DNA from: Octopus sinensis
Taxonomy: Eukaryota
Length of the DNA stretch: 64,000 nt
Assembly: GCF_006345805.1 (NCBI RefSeq)
Contig: NC_043001.1
Location: forward strand, 31,124,001 to 31,188,000
Direction of reading: 5' to 3'
The notes beneath the pieces are model-generated. The model saw only the letters and a program-made list of their open reading frames with translations, made no database searches and was not told the DNA's origin. A program made the translations under genes and the position numbers. Positions 1 through 11,238 of this stretch are shown piece by piece (position 1 is the first letter of the stretch; every line of letters begins with the position of its first letter).

Positions 1-646
1 TATTGAAGACTGGATGCCCAAGTGTACCTTAAATCCTGCATTTTTGGAGGAAGGGACTGAAAGCAGTCTATTTCACCTTGAAAAATTTCACGCGGAAACC
101 CTACGTCCTCGGTCAAGCGACGCATCTAGAATCATCTAGAATGCTGTTAAGCCCTCAAAATTCTTTTCTTGCAGGGTATTCGATAGAAGGTTTCTGGTGA
201 GCAAGGATGGTGATGACACTCTCGGTGAGATTCTGAGCAACGAGAATGATCAACAGGTTAGTCTATCCCAGAGCGCTTTCCTCCTGACGACTATGGACAA
301 CTTCCAGAAATCTCTAGCTTGGAAAAACGACCAGGGAATACAAACATTTAGGGATAAATTCGGTACTTTCGTCAGCCAGGCCTATCCGAGATGCTTGCAG
401 AATGACAAAATTGTTCTGCACGCACTTGTTCAGCGTCCAAACATTATTGACTTGTGAAGTTATGCCAAACAGTTGCTGTGACATATAGTACGGATCAAAT
501 TATCAGTCAAGCCCATTTTGAGGATCACTCTTCAGCCTTCTTTTCGGGAAGGGCAGACAGTTTCTTCATCGACGTCTTCAAATTTCACTTGGAGAAAGGT
601 AAGAGCGGAGAAATACTGTCCTCCCGTGGGTTTGCTGAAAGGTAGG
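1..646 (+). mobile_element. Degenerate 3' part of a Tx1/L1-like non-LTR retrotransposon (C-terminal CCHC region)
   Basis: The translation DDTLGEIL...MDNFQKSLAW...FRDK...YPRCLQNDKIVLHALVQRP aligns with the 39400-39960 part of the Tx1-like element in this window (DDVLGETL...LDNFKKSLAW...IRDK...CPRCTLNDETVLHAFVQCP). Contains stops and frameshifts. Confidence 0.85.
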
Positions 647-701
647 CTCACAATATATGATTGCGCGCTACACACAGGTGCACACATTATATATATGTAT
701 A

Positions 702-734
<33 letters not shown>

Positions 735-865
735 GGTATTTATTGTATCGGTGAGTTATACTGAACCGATAATCACATAGACATAAGCAAACCAACACCG
801 GTTGTCAAACATGTGCGTGTTACACACAGGCGCACACATTATATATATGTATATATATGTGTGTG

Positions 866-912
<47 letters not shown>

Positions 913-1038
913 TATATATATACATATATATAATGTGTGCGCCTGTGTGTAACGCGCACATGTTTGACAACCGGTGTTGGTTTGCTTATGTCTATGTGAC
1001 TTATCGGTTCAGTATAACTCACCGATACAATAAATACC
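735..1038. repeat. Near-perfect palindrome of about 300 bp (arms 735-~870 and ~895-1038) derived from SINE family B sequence
   Basis: ggtatttattgtatcggtgagttatactgaaccgat...ggcgcacacatta is the reverse complement of taatgtgtgcgcc...atcggttcagtataactcaccgatacaataaatacc. The centre is a TA/TG microsatellite. Confidence 0.9.
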
Positions 1039-1251
1039 AGGCTTAAAAAATAAGTAAGTACTGGGGTCGATTCGTTCGACTGGAACCTTTCAGGGCTGCG
1101 TACAAGTATGCTGCAGTCCAATAGCTGCAACAAGTACAAGATAAAACATACATGCATACAAACACGCACACACATAAATACATACACGCACACATCCATC
1201 AATTCATCCATCCATCCATACATACATACAAAAAAACAAACAAACAAAATA

Positions 1252-1352
1252 CCCTGTTGACATTGAAATTCCAATGAAGGAGCCTTGGATCTAGGTTAGA
1301 AACCGGTTCTTTCTCTATTGGTAAGAAATCTTGAAATAAAACTGAATAATAA
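1252..1352 (+). repeat. Short interspersed repeat, probably a LINE 3' tail ending in aataataa; second copy at 27830-27925
   Basis: ttgaaattccaatgaaggagccttggatctaggttagaaaccgg...aaataaaactgaat is shared by both loci. Confidence 0.7.
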
Positions 1353-1354
1353 CG

Positions 1355-1625
1355 TGCATACATACATATATACGTACATACATACTTACGTACATACATA
1401 CATACATGCATACATACATACATACACACGTACATACACACATACATACAAGCATATATACACACACACATACATACATACATACATACGTACGTACATA
1501 CACACACATACATACACACATATATACATACGCACATACATACATGCATACATATATACACACATACATACATACATGCATACATACATACATACATACA
1601 TACATACATACATACATACATACAA
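1355..1625. repeat. (TACA)n/(CA)n compound microsatellite
   Basis: Direct inspection. It generates the HTYI/MYVC pseudo-ORFs. Confidence 0.95.
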
Positions 1626-2210
1626 CCGAACAACCTCTTATGAGGGTTCATGAAAGAGTGTGATGAACTATATATTTTAGCTAGAAGTAGTCATTATAAC
1701 ACAGTAATAAAACCATTAATAGGTTTCCAGAGGTAGGCAGCAGGTTGGTTTTTGTCTACTTACATTACAAAAACTAAGATAGATGACCTCAAAAGTCAAG
1801 AGCCCTTTGTATGCCTTGCTTTACAGGGAGTTGTTACTTGCCTGTTAGTAGAGATTTTGACTTAGATTATGCTGAAGTGCAATTATATTTGCAACAGCAG
1901 TAGTATTGTCGTCTCCATAACCTCCCATAAGATATTTGGACTTAGGTCTATGTTAGAAGACCTCCTCCTTCTCTTCCTCCTTCTCCTCCTCGTTATCATC
2001 AACAATAACACCTAGCCATCATCACACATTGTTTTCAAGAGAGCAATTATTTCTCCATGCGTTAAATGTACTATTGTAATGTATGTATGTGCGTGTACAG
2101 ACACACACACACACACCCAGACACACATACACACACACACACACAGATACACACATACACACACGCGCGCGCGCGCATGCACGTACACACACACACACAT
2201 ACATATATAT

Positions 2211-2439
2211 ATTTCTTTACTGCCCACAAGGGGCTAAACATAGAGGTGACAAACAAGGACAGACAAAGGGATTAAGTCGATTATATCGACCCCAGTGCGA
2301 AACTTGTACTTTATTTATCGACCCCGAAAGGATGAAAGGCAAAGTCGACCTCGGCGGAATTTGAACTCAGAACGTAACGACAGACGAAGTACCGCTAAGC
2401 ATTTCGCCCGATGCGCTAACGTTTCTGCCAGCTCGCCGC
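2211..2439 (-). mobile_element. tRNA-derived SINE, family A (head GGCGGCGAGCTGGCAGAA)
   Basis: Head with A-box-like sequence, B-box GAGTTCAAATTCC, central gtcgactttgcctttcatcctttcggggtcgat domain and AAAGAAAT tail. Many copies in the window. Confidence 0.9.
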
Positions 2440-3115
2440 ATATATACATACATACATACATACATACATTTTCGTTTCTCTTTGAGTTCCACGTCTCTGT
2501 TTTTCTGTTGTAAAAAAATGGCTTTTCCGTTTTCGTTTCTCGTTGAGTTTTACGTGTAGTTGTCGTGTCCTGTACTCACGTATATATATTTATATATGCA
2601 TGTATATATACATGTAGTAGTAGGTACGTACATATATGTTTGTATGTATGCATACATTTTATTTATTACATACATACATATATACATACATACATACATA
2701 CATACATACATAACACCCTTCTTTTTACAAGACGGTAGGAAGAAATATGGGGGAATCTGGCTGTCTTTTCTAACTGGTTAAGCTATCACAAGCGCTGGCC
2801 TCTAGTTGGTTTCCTAATCGCTTCTGATACAGAAACAATGGCAGCAATGTTGCTATTGTCGCCATATCATTTGTAAGACACTAAACTAAAACAACAATTC
2901 TGGTTCGCCAAACTTTCTCCTTGATCTACGAATCTGTTCTAGTTATCCACTGCACCAGTTTGTAGTTGAGAGTTTGTCATCCTGCTTTTGTACACAGACT
3001 TTTTCAAACGGACAAAACCCTTTGTAACTTTCGTCCTGTGTTTTGTCCCTTTATGTTTTAATTGATTTTTGTTAGCCCTTGTGGCCAATAAACGAACGAA
3101 TTATTATTATTATTA

Positions 3116-3456
3116 GGTGCAAGAGTGGCTGTGTGGTAAGTAGCTTGCTTACCAACCACATAGTTCCGGATTCAGTCCCACTGCGTGGCACCTTGGGCAA
3201 GTGTCTTCTGCTATAGCCTCGGGCCGACCAAAGCCTTGTCAGTGGATTTGGTAGACGGAAACTGAAAGAAGCCCGTCGTATATGTGTGTGTGTGTGTGTT
3301 TGTGTGTCTGTGTTCCCCCCCCCCCACATCGCTTGACAACCGATGCTGGTGTGTTTACGTCCCCGTAACTTAGCGTTTCGGCAAAAGTGACCGATAGAAT
3401 AAGTACTAGGCTTACAAAGACTGAAACAAGTAAAAGAGTAAAAAGAGTAAAGAGTA
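3116..3456 (+). mobile_element. tRNA-derived SINE, family B (head GG(C/T)GCAAGAGTGGCTGTGTGGTAAG, CORE-like domain, internal microsatellite)
   Basis: A/B-box-like head, gcgtggcaccttgggcaagtgtct (resembles the CORE domain) and tail actgaaacaagtaaaagagt. Internally deleted relative to the copy at 21728. Confidence 0.9.
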
Positions 3457-3490
3457 TTATTATTATTATTATTATTATTATTGTTATCAA

Positions 3491-3890
3491 GGCGGTGAGC
3501 TGGCAGAATTGTTGGCACGCCGGGCGAAATGCTTAGAAGTATTTCGTCGGCCGTTACCATCTGAGTTGAAATTCCGCCGGGGTCGACTTTGCCTTTCATC
3601 CTTTCGGGGTCGATTAAATAAGTACAAGTTACGCACTGGGGTCGATATAATCGACTTATTCCCTTCCCGCAAATTTGGGGCCTTGTGCTTCCAGTAAAAA
3701 GGACCATTACTATTATTAATGGCAGCGAGTTGGCAGATTTGATAGCACGACAGGCTTAGCGGCTTTTGTCCGTCTTTACTTTCTAAGTTCAAATTCCACC
3801 GAACTCAACTTTGCCTTTCAGCTTTAGGGGTCTGGAGTCGATGTAATCGACTTAACCTATCTCCGAAATTGCTGGCTTAGAGCCAAAATT
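3491..3890 (+). mobile_element. Two adjacent SINE family A copies (3491-3705 near complete; 3721-3890 partial)
   Basis: Family A head and B-box, embedded in (TAT)n. Confidence 0.85.
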
Positions 3891-3903
3891 ATTATTATTT
3901 TAA

Positions 3904-3944
<41 letters not shown>

Positions 3945-4307
3945 CATTGTTATTATTATTATTTATCACACGATTTTCTTTACCCGGATATTTGACCAAA
4001 GTCATCGTAATTTTTTTTTATCTTTGTACATCACTAATTTATGTTGAAAGAAAAAGACTAGTATTGTAAATGTGTAGTATTCTATGTAGTACAGTTAGGA
4101 ACAGCCAACTCTAAAAGAAGGTAGCAAGTACAAAGTTGAAATAGTACAAAAGATTCAATGAGTTTTGCTGAAGCATATGTGAACAGATGGCGCTGGAGTA
4201 TATTGAAAGTGATCCGTCTGTTGCCCGTAGCAAGTTGAGTAATCTATGTAGAAACGCTAATCTTAAATAAATAAATAGAAAAAAGCGAAAAATGTAAATG
4301 TACTTAC

Positions 4308-4453
4308 TTGAAAGTTTGCGACAATGCTTACTCCTGCCGCTGCTAGAAGTCCAATTCCGAATGCAAATTTGTTAAAAACTAATAGTAGTCTTCTTCCTGA
4401 AGACTGATACATTTCATCGACCTGCCGAAATCTAATATACAGCGTCATTCCGA
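4308..4453 (-). CDS. DRAM2: DRAM-family gene, coding exon 4 (GMTLYIRFRQVDEMYQSSGRRLLLVFNKFAFGIGLLAAAGVSIVANFQ)
   Basis: ttcttttttag|TC GGA ATG ... TTT CAA|gtaagt; 146 nt, phase 1-0. Contains the Y-x-R-[YF]-x-Q and G-x-SIVANFQ motifs and lies inside the supplied ORF 4263-4610. Confidence 0.95.
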
Positions 4454-5054
4454 CTAAAAAAGAAATGAAAAAGAATAATAATAAATAAAAAAATACATCG
4501 CACCAGAAATATTTAGAAAGAGATATCAGGACATATGTTGATTCGCTAAAAGGGTGCAATGATTTACATTTATGAGGAGAAAAAAAATAGTTTGGAAGTC
4601 TTTCGGACATTTTCCAAAAGATTTTGAATGTAATTCAAGTGAAATATCTGGAAACACAAATAAAATAAACTGAGCGAAGACACTGCTCTGTATACTGTTT
4701 GCTACGGCCACGAACAGTATTAAGTTTAATCTAGTTGGAAAGTATGAATACAAAATGAGAGAAATGATATCACAAATTGCAAGTTTTTTTATGTAGCATC
4801 ACGGCTTAGCTGGGATGTTCATCTTCAGACACTGTTCAGGCATAAATATCCACGCACGTGAGAGCAAGGAAGTGAGGTCAGAGGGAAGAGAAATGATGAC
4901 AGCAGATGTAAGAACTAAGAAGGAAATATGAAACGGTAAAAAAGAACTAGCAGATCCTGAAAGTTTGCCAGGATGACCGGAAATGGTGACGAGACAACTT
5001 CAAGAGAAGAACAAAAGAACCAACTGAAGACAATTTAGGTTTATTAGTATTCAC

Positions 5055-5106
<52 letters not shown>

Positions 5107-5161
5107 TATATCGATGGTTTTTGTTAAGCAGCGTCGATTTTTACAATTCTGTAAATAATAA

Positions 5162-5460
5162 TAATAGTATTTTGTAAGCTTAAAGCTTAAAAGTAATCAC
5201 AGAGCAGTGACTAAAAAAAAAAACGTTTAATAATCTACGAACTAATTATAGTTCTCAAACCTGACAGACAGAAGCGGGTTTGTTCGTTGTTGTAACGGTA
5301 GCACATTTGGTCGCGAAAATTAAGAGGTGTAGGTTCGAGTCCCGCGCGTACGGTAAAACCTACTTTTTTTTTCTGTCGAGGGCTTATATGCCCCATTATT
5401 AGACTATTTTCTTTAGTTATTGAGCGGTGATTGCTTATAAGCACTAAGCTTATAAAATAC

Positions 5461-5465
<5 letters not shown>
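5162..5465. mobile_element. MITE-like element with ~70-bp imperfect TIRs enclosing a tRNA-like cassette
   Basis: Left arm taatagtattttgtaagctta...gtttaataat (5162-5234) matches the reverse complement of attattagac...taagcttataaaatactatta (5395-5465). Confidence 0.75.
5281..5372 (+). pseudogene. tRNA-like Pol III unit (pseudo-tRNA or SINE head) with oligo-T terminator
   Basis: Acceptor-like pairing tgttcgt/gcgtacg, D-arm-like gttg-taacgg-tagc, B-box GGTTCGAGTCCC at 5332-5343 and a T9 run at 5364-5372. The anticodon loop is non-canonical. Confidence 0.6.
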
Positions 5466-5497
<32 letters not shown>

Positions 5498-6199
5498 TAC
5501 ATACATACATATATGTATGTATGTATGTATTGATGAGTAAAATATTCACTTTTTTAGTACTTGCGATATAATATCTATTTGATCCTATGAAATATATTGA
5601 TTTTAAGGATTACAAAAGAGAACAGAAAGCTATTATGACATTTTCCAAAACTCATAAGTAAAACAAAATCGGTAACAGCAATTTTCAAAAAAATATTTAA
5701 AACTGTTTTTCAAATGTGTTTGTGTTGAACTGATCAAAAACATCCGTCTCATTTCATATTTTGCTTTAGAATATTTAAATATGTACGGACACAAAATACT
5801 AAGGAGACAGTAAATAGGTACAGGGTTAAACTGAATAATAAAATAAGGTATTCTTATGGCTGTTTTTATCTATTTATTCTATTTCACATGCAGTTACTGG
5901 TTCCTAGCAGGCCAATAACAAGTCCACTGTGCTTATGACGGTGCATATCATATTGAATTGACATTCATATCTCTTCCTCTCCTCATTCATATGAGGCTGT
6001 ATCCCCTACAACTCAGGGCCTATAGTAACCACTTTACCAAGATGTTTCTTTCTAGAACTCCTGAAATTCTAGAACTCGGGAATTCCTGGCCCATGCTTTT
6101 TCTACTATCATCAACTGTTGAAAAGGAACATTAAAAGCGTTGGTCTCACCAAATCATTAAAAAACAAAAGAAGACAAATCACATCCTACTCTTCTCCTA

Positions 6200-6528
6200 A
6201 GGGAATGAGAATTATATGTCGGTGTCCTACATACGCTTAACCACCACAAGGTCCAGTCCTTGCAGCGGTGTGAATAGCTTGTGTGCTTCAATGACCCTGA
6301 GAGCTGTACCAGCGGAGCGCATGCTCCTAGTAGAGCCTCCCATGTGAACTGGTCAAAGGACAGAAGCCAGAAACATATGACGCGTTGCAGCAAAATCCGA
6401 AAGGAAGGTGCAAAGGAAAGTAGAGATCCAACTGGAGAGAAGCAGAAAAGAAAGTCCAGGGTTGAGAACAGCGGAGAAAAGTCGTCAATGGTCTAGGTTC
6501 CAAAGGGAACGAAAAGCTTAAGTAGGTA
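6200..6528 (+). mobile_element. Internally deleted RTE-like LINE: 5'UTR-like segment joined directly to the ORF C-terminus
   Basis: gaccctgagagctgtaccagcggag...cctcccatg...ggtcaaagga...gccaga resembles RTE-clade 5'UTRs (recognised from memory). It is followed by SNWREAEKKVQG*EQRRKVVNGLGSKGNEKLK*, which resembles an RTE ORF end. Confidence 0.55.
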
Positions 6529-6544
6529 ACGATAAACGTCGCCC

Positions 6545-6842
6545 TTTTCAAGCCTAGCCAAGATCATGGGCCCGGTTTCCCGGTTTCTGTGGTATATGTG
6601 TTCCCCCCAGCTGGATGGGACGCCAGTCCATCGCAGAGTTACTCAAGAAACAGGAAGAGAGAGTGAGAGAAAGTCGTGGTGAAAGAGTACAACAGGGGTC
6701 GCCACTACCTCCCGCCGGAGCCTCGTGGAGCTTTTAAGTGTTTTCGCTCAATAAACACACACAACGCCCGGTCTGGGAGTCGAAACCGCGATCCTCCGAC
6801 CGCGAGTCCGCTGCCCTGACCACTCGGCCATTGCGCCTCCAC
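6545..6842 (-). mobile_element. tRNA-derived SINE, family C (head GTGGAGGCGCAATGGCC(C/G)AGTGGT, tRNA-Arg-like; possibly an octopus OR-type SINE)
   Basis: Cloverleaf-like head with ggactcgcggtc loop and GGTTTCGA B-box. Near-identical copies at 33140-33450 (+) and 44752-45058 (-). Confidence 0.85.
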
Positions 6843-7454
6843 TTAAATAGGTAACCGCAAGGGCATTATCTTTCATCAGAACAAACCACACACTTCTTTG
6901 TCGACGTGATAGAAGTTACTGGGACTTGGCCAGAAAGTTTTGCCGCACACTCCATATTCGCCCGACCTTGTACTTTCAGATCTTCACCTACTTCAGTCTC
7001 TTCAAAATTCATTGAATGGACAGTCTTTCGACTCTGAAGAGGATTTAAACATTCATATGGAGGAAATTCCTTGAGTAGGGAATTATGATTCTGCTCACAA
7101 ATTGGCATAAAACACTGAGATGCAACGGTAATTGTATCATTGACTGAATAAACCGCTTTGTTTTTAAAACTTGTGTCTTATTTTCGCCTGAAAAACCAAA
7201 CAGACTTTTAGGCCAACCCAATACATCGTTTCCCTAATTTTTGCTATGGGCATGCGCAGAAACTTGCATTGGGTACAGATTTGGTCTTTCTTTGGAAAAT
7301 ATGTGCACATCTATGCCAATAACAATCGCTCGAATTTCTTCAATCAAAAAACCTCGCGTGCGCACATTTTTTTCTATCTTTCCTAGTTGTAAAACGCGCG
7401 CATGTGCATAAACGCATGTATTAGAGGGAATGCTACACATATTAGAGGGAACAC

Positions 7455-7689
7455 CGCCGGAAGTTGTTTTATTCAATAGTTTTATTCAGCTCAATACACG
7501 TTGAAATTGGTTGCAATTATCGAAATACGAGAACTTTAACACGAAATAACTTCGTAAACATAAACTTTTCTCAAACACGCTAAGAGTAAAAGGTGTTTTA
7601 TATGACACATTCTACCTGTATTCGAAGTTTGAAAGTGTTTAATTACAAAAAATTATTTTCTAAATCTGCCGGTCAAAAGGTAAAGATCC
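7455..7689. mobile_element. Solo right half of the GGATCTTT-ended foldback MITE family (see 12969-13538)
   Basis: ccgccggaag...ttattcagct...aagtttgaaagtgttt...ggtcaaaaggtaaagatcc matches the right arm of the 12969 element. No left arm found. Confidence 0.75.
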
Positions 7690-8074
7690 AATACTGCTCC
7701 TAAAAAGTCTCCCGAAGGATCACAACTTGTATGAATCTGATCAAAAGTCTACTTAATAACAAAACAAAATTAACAACAACAACAACAACTGCAGCCAGAA
7801 CAATAGTAACGTAACAGAGGAGGATTTCAAATCAACAGTAACACGCAAGTATTAAACTTTTAATTTGACAAGTTGTAATTTTACTGATCCAAGGATAAAT
7901 ACGTTTATGTAAATAATTATATTCCCTTAAGATGTGACAAACAAAACCCAACTTGTTGAAATATTTTCTTAGTTTACAAGGGGTAATTAAAAACAATATC
8001 AGTGAAGCGTGCGTTGTAATCATGTTCCCCATTATTATTTTTATTATTTCTTTTGAATAACATCTCATTGAATC

Positions 8075-8420
8075 ATCACTATCTACATCATCGTCATTAT
8101 CTCCTTCAGTATTAACATCAGCAGCAGCAACAGAAAACAACAACTGCAGAAGAAGCACTCTTGCTGCCATCGTCTTCATCGTTGACAATTATTAACTTCA
8201 CCCGCTGGACGTCAACTTTATCACATACATCGCCCTTCGTCGCTGCCGCCGCTACCACAACCACCACCACCACTACATCCACCACCACCATCATCATCAT
8301 CATCAACTTCAACAGCAATTTCCTCACCGTCGACATCTTCATCGCTGACATTATTAATATCACCCGTTGACGTCAGCTTTATCACACTCATCGGTCTTCT
8401 CCTTCCCCTTATCATCATCT
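8075..8420. repeat. CAT/CAC/GCA trinucleotide low-complexity tract with a ~50-bp direct duplication (8182-8231 / 8345-8394)
   Basis: tgacaattattaacttcacccgctggacgtcaactttatcaca versus tgacattattaatatcacccgttgacgtcagctttatcaca. Confidence 0.8.
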
Positions 8421-9229
8421 GTGTGTGCTAGCATGCTAGATGTGTCAGTCATCCCATCTATAGCTCTCCTCTCCTCCCTTTTTCGTTTTGAACTCTGTGT
8501 GTTGGATCAAAGGTGGATCATTATCATTTGAACGTTTGTGCAGAAACATGGGAGTTATATATGCTTTTGGTGACATGACTCGATTCTTTCACCAAACTGA
8601 TAAAATACACAAAACCTACATTAATATTACACACATGACTGCGTACATCCCTCAACTGAATTCATGCATGTAGGACTCTTTAACTGCAAAAATAATAAAG
8701 TAGCGTCTATAAATAGATCAACAGCCAAATAAATAAACCCAAAGATAAAGACGAGGAAAGACATAGATAGACAGAGACAAGGGCAGTTGAGAGACTAACA
8801 GTCACAGAAGTTAAATAATAAACAGTGATTGATTATATTGAATATGTGAGACCTTACTATATTTGTGTTCGGTATACGGGACGCTCCTTTGAGATATTCT
8901 CCTTCAGCTAAGTTATTGATATTTATAACCGTGCCGCAACATTCCTTTTATTTCTCTATATATATTGATCATAGCCTTGCCAACAGAGAGGAACATGCTC
9001 CGCTGAGGAAGTATCATAAGACGGAAAATATCAACAGCCTTCATCAGTTGTCTATAATGAATAAATCTACTCACATCCGCATTGTCTATATGGTCCAAAA
9101 AGTTTGATCAACTGATCGTATTGGAGTTATATCCCCCGTGAGTTGATTTTAGGTCTTTAAACACTCGCAGAGGGAGTTTTGTGTACTAATTACTCCGATA
9201 ATCTCAGTTCATCAAAGATTTTCAACTCA

Positions 9230-9965
9230 CTCTGTTACGTACGTAAAACCATACCGTATTCGTGTCTGGTGCACGGAAGAAACAAGGAAGCGGTAGCTTC
9301 AAACAAAGAAGACACAGGAGATTCGAGTAGATGGGCTAGATCTTTCGGCAAAACAAGATCTTTAATAAAAATGCCAACAATCTCTACCGTGAGCTGGGCA
9401 AGATGAAGATAACCGTTTCATTGAACCATCCACGATCAAAGAAGCCAAGCAGTTGTTGAGTAAGATATGGAAGAAGACTAAATGAAAAAATACACAACGA
9501 AAAAGCTGTTAAAAGCTAGCAAAAACATAATTGGCTCTTACACACTGGGAGGATAAAAATAGTTAGAAATTAACACCATTAAGAAATTGGGGAAAGAGTT
9601 TGATCCTCCAGAAACTCCATGAACAGAAAATATGGTGACTACCATTTAAAGCGAGCGAGTGAAGCACAAAGCAAGACATCACGGCCTGCTTCAGCTGCAG
9701 AAAATCTGGGACGACAAGGTAATGCACAAATGCACTGGAAGTATCAAAAAGGATGCAAAAGGCGGAGTTAGACAAACTGAAGAGGTATGCCTAGGGCTTA
9801 AGAGCACCGAGATGAATTCAGAGACAGGGAATCTGGTAATCGCTACACAAGATCAGAGTCTCACAACCAGATCCTATCACCATGGTATTAACAAGGACGG
9901 AACAGATCCACAAAGCAGGATTTGTGGAAAATATGTAAAAGCTATTGACCTCATTGTCTGATTGG
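9230..9965 (+). mobile_element. Degenerate R4/Dong-like (RLE-clade) LINE relic with the RT core missing
   Basis: A pre-RT motif, FRQNKIFNKNANNLYRELGK (~9340-9405), is followed within ~250 bp by the post-RT motif ETGNLVIATQDQSLTTRSY...DPQSRICGKYVKAIDLIV (AAQDQ plus zinc-knuckle region). Confidence 0.75.
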
Positions 9966-11069
9966 TATTAATTTTTCTCAACCACAAAAAAAAAAAAGAA
10001 AAAAAATTAAAGGTAAAAATCGACTCGAAAGGAATTTGAACTCAGAATGTAAAGTTGAGTGTGTTTTTTTTTTCTCTTTTTTTAGTCTGATTCTGTATTT
10101 GAAAAAAAAATTAGTTGGAGAGTATTAAAATTTTTCCCGCCATTACTGCTGCTGCTGCTGGAACGTTTATCTTCTACAATCTCTGACGATACCATTTTGA
10201 ACATACAACAAGAGTTCGAATGGCTGCTTGCCAAAAAGAAGAAAAAAACAAGTAAAGAAAGATGAAGAAAATTATGTCTAAGACGAACCTTTCTTCCATC
10301 TCTGGAAAACAGATTAAATTATCCGAAAGCCTATTTTTAGTATTCAAGAGAAAACCGGAATAATTTTTTTTTTTAGGTAATTAGGGAGAAATAATTTTTT
10401 TTTCTATGTCAGAACTCTCTCAGAGACGTCTTTCGCATGCAAATTCAAATATAATAATAATTACTTTTATTTCTTTATTGACCACACGAGTATAAACGTA
10501 TAAAACGTACCACTCAGTAAAATTACAAAAACATGTGGAGATGTACATAAACGTGGGATGGAAAAATGTAACAAAAAAGGAAAAAAACTGATTGAAAATG
10601 AAATAAAACAAAGACATCGCCCACACACGCGAAGAAAGTCATTAAGTAGGTAAGATTAGGACATCATATAATTCCAATTAATTTTAGATAGTCCTTACTA
10701 CTCCCAACTGCAAGCTGGATCTTCCAAATTCATTCCTGAGCACCATTGGCTTTTGTCAAATAAAGAAGTCTCCCATATCCTTCTAAAAGTGCTCTGTTTA
10801 CCATCGATAGACTGTCGGTAATATTTTCACCAACAGTGGATTTGGGACTTAGTACCATTTCTACTCCAGCCAGTATAGTTTGTTCTCTGTCAATTATTTG
10901 GCTTCTTCAGCAATTTTTGGCCCTTTCTTGGATAAACCCTCGAACTAGGACGCATTCTCCTTTGTAACTTTCCTTTTCCATAATTTTTCCCTTTTCTTGG
11001 AGCTGACTCTTATCACATACCTCCTTCACTACAACTTCTAATGCTAGCATAAGATGATTTATCATTGTA

Positions 11070-11238
11070 CTTGCTGGCAGAATCGTTACCACGCCGGGCA
11101 AAAATGCTGCCGAGGTCGACTTTGCCTTTTACTCTTCGGTGTCGATAAAATAAGTACCAGTTGAGCATTGGGGTCGATGTAATCGACTTACCCTTCACCT
11201 GAAATTGCTGTCCTTGTGCCAAAATTTGAAGCCAATAT
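11070..11238 (+). mobile_element. SINE family A, partial
   Basis: gctggcagaatcgtta...gaggtcgactttgcc...ggggtcgatgtaatcgac. Confidence 0.85.

Noticed and set aside
3072-3707. 211-aa ORF and the recurring 'PERMKGKVDLGGI' and 'RRASFSFRLPNP' ORFs
   Set aside because: They are read-throughs of SINE families A and B; the recurrence reflects repeat copies, not a gene family.
1-4300. Further DRAM exons downstream of SIVANFQ
   Set aside because: No minus-strand segment with the expected H-x2-GA-x-L-x-F motif and splice sites was found; they are presumed to lie outside the window.
4526-4753. ORF with SSVFAQFI resembling DRAM exon 3
   Set aside because: It has no suitable donor site, and a better exon with the full DTG/PPESC motif and correct phases exists at 16758-16825.
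10640-11040. Possible LINE-derived coding remnant on the minus strand
   Set aside because: No diagnostic RT or endonuclease motif could be read.
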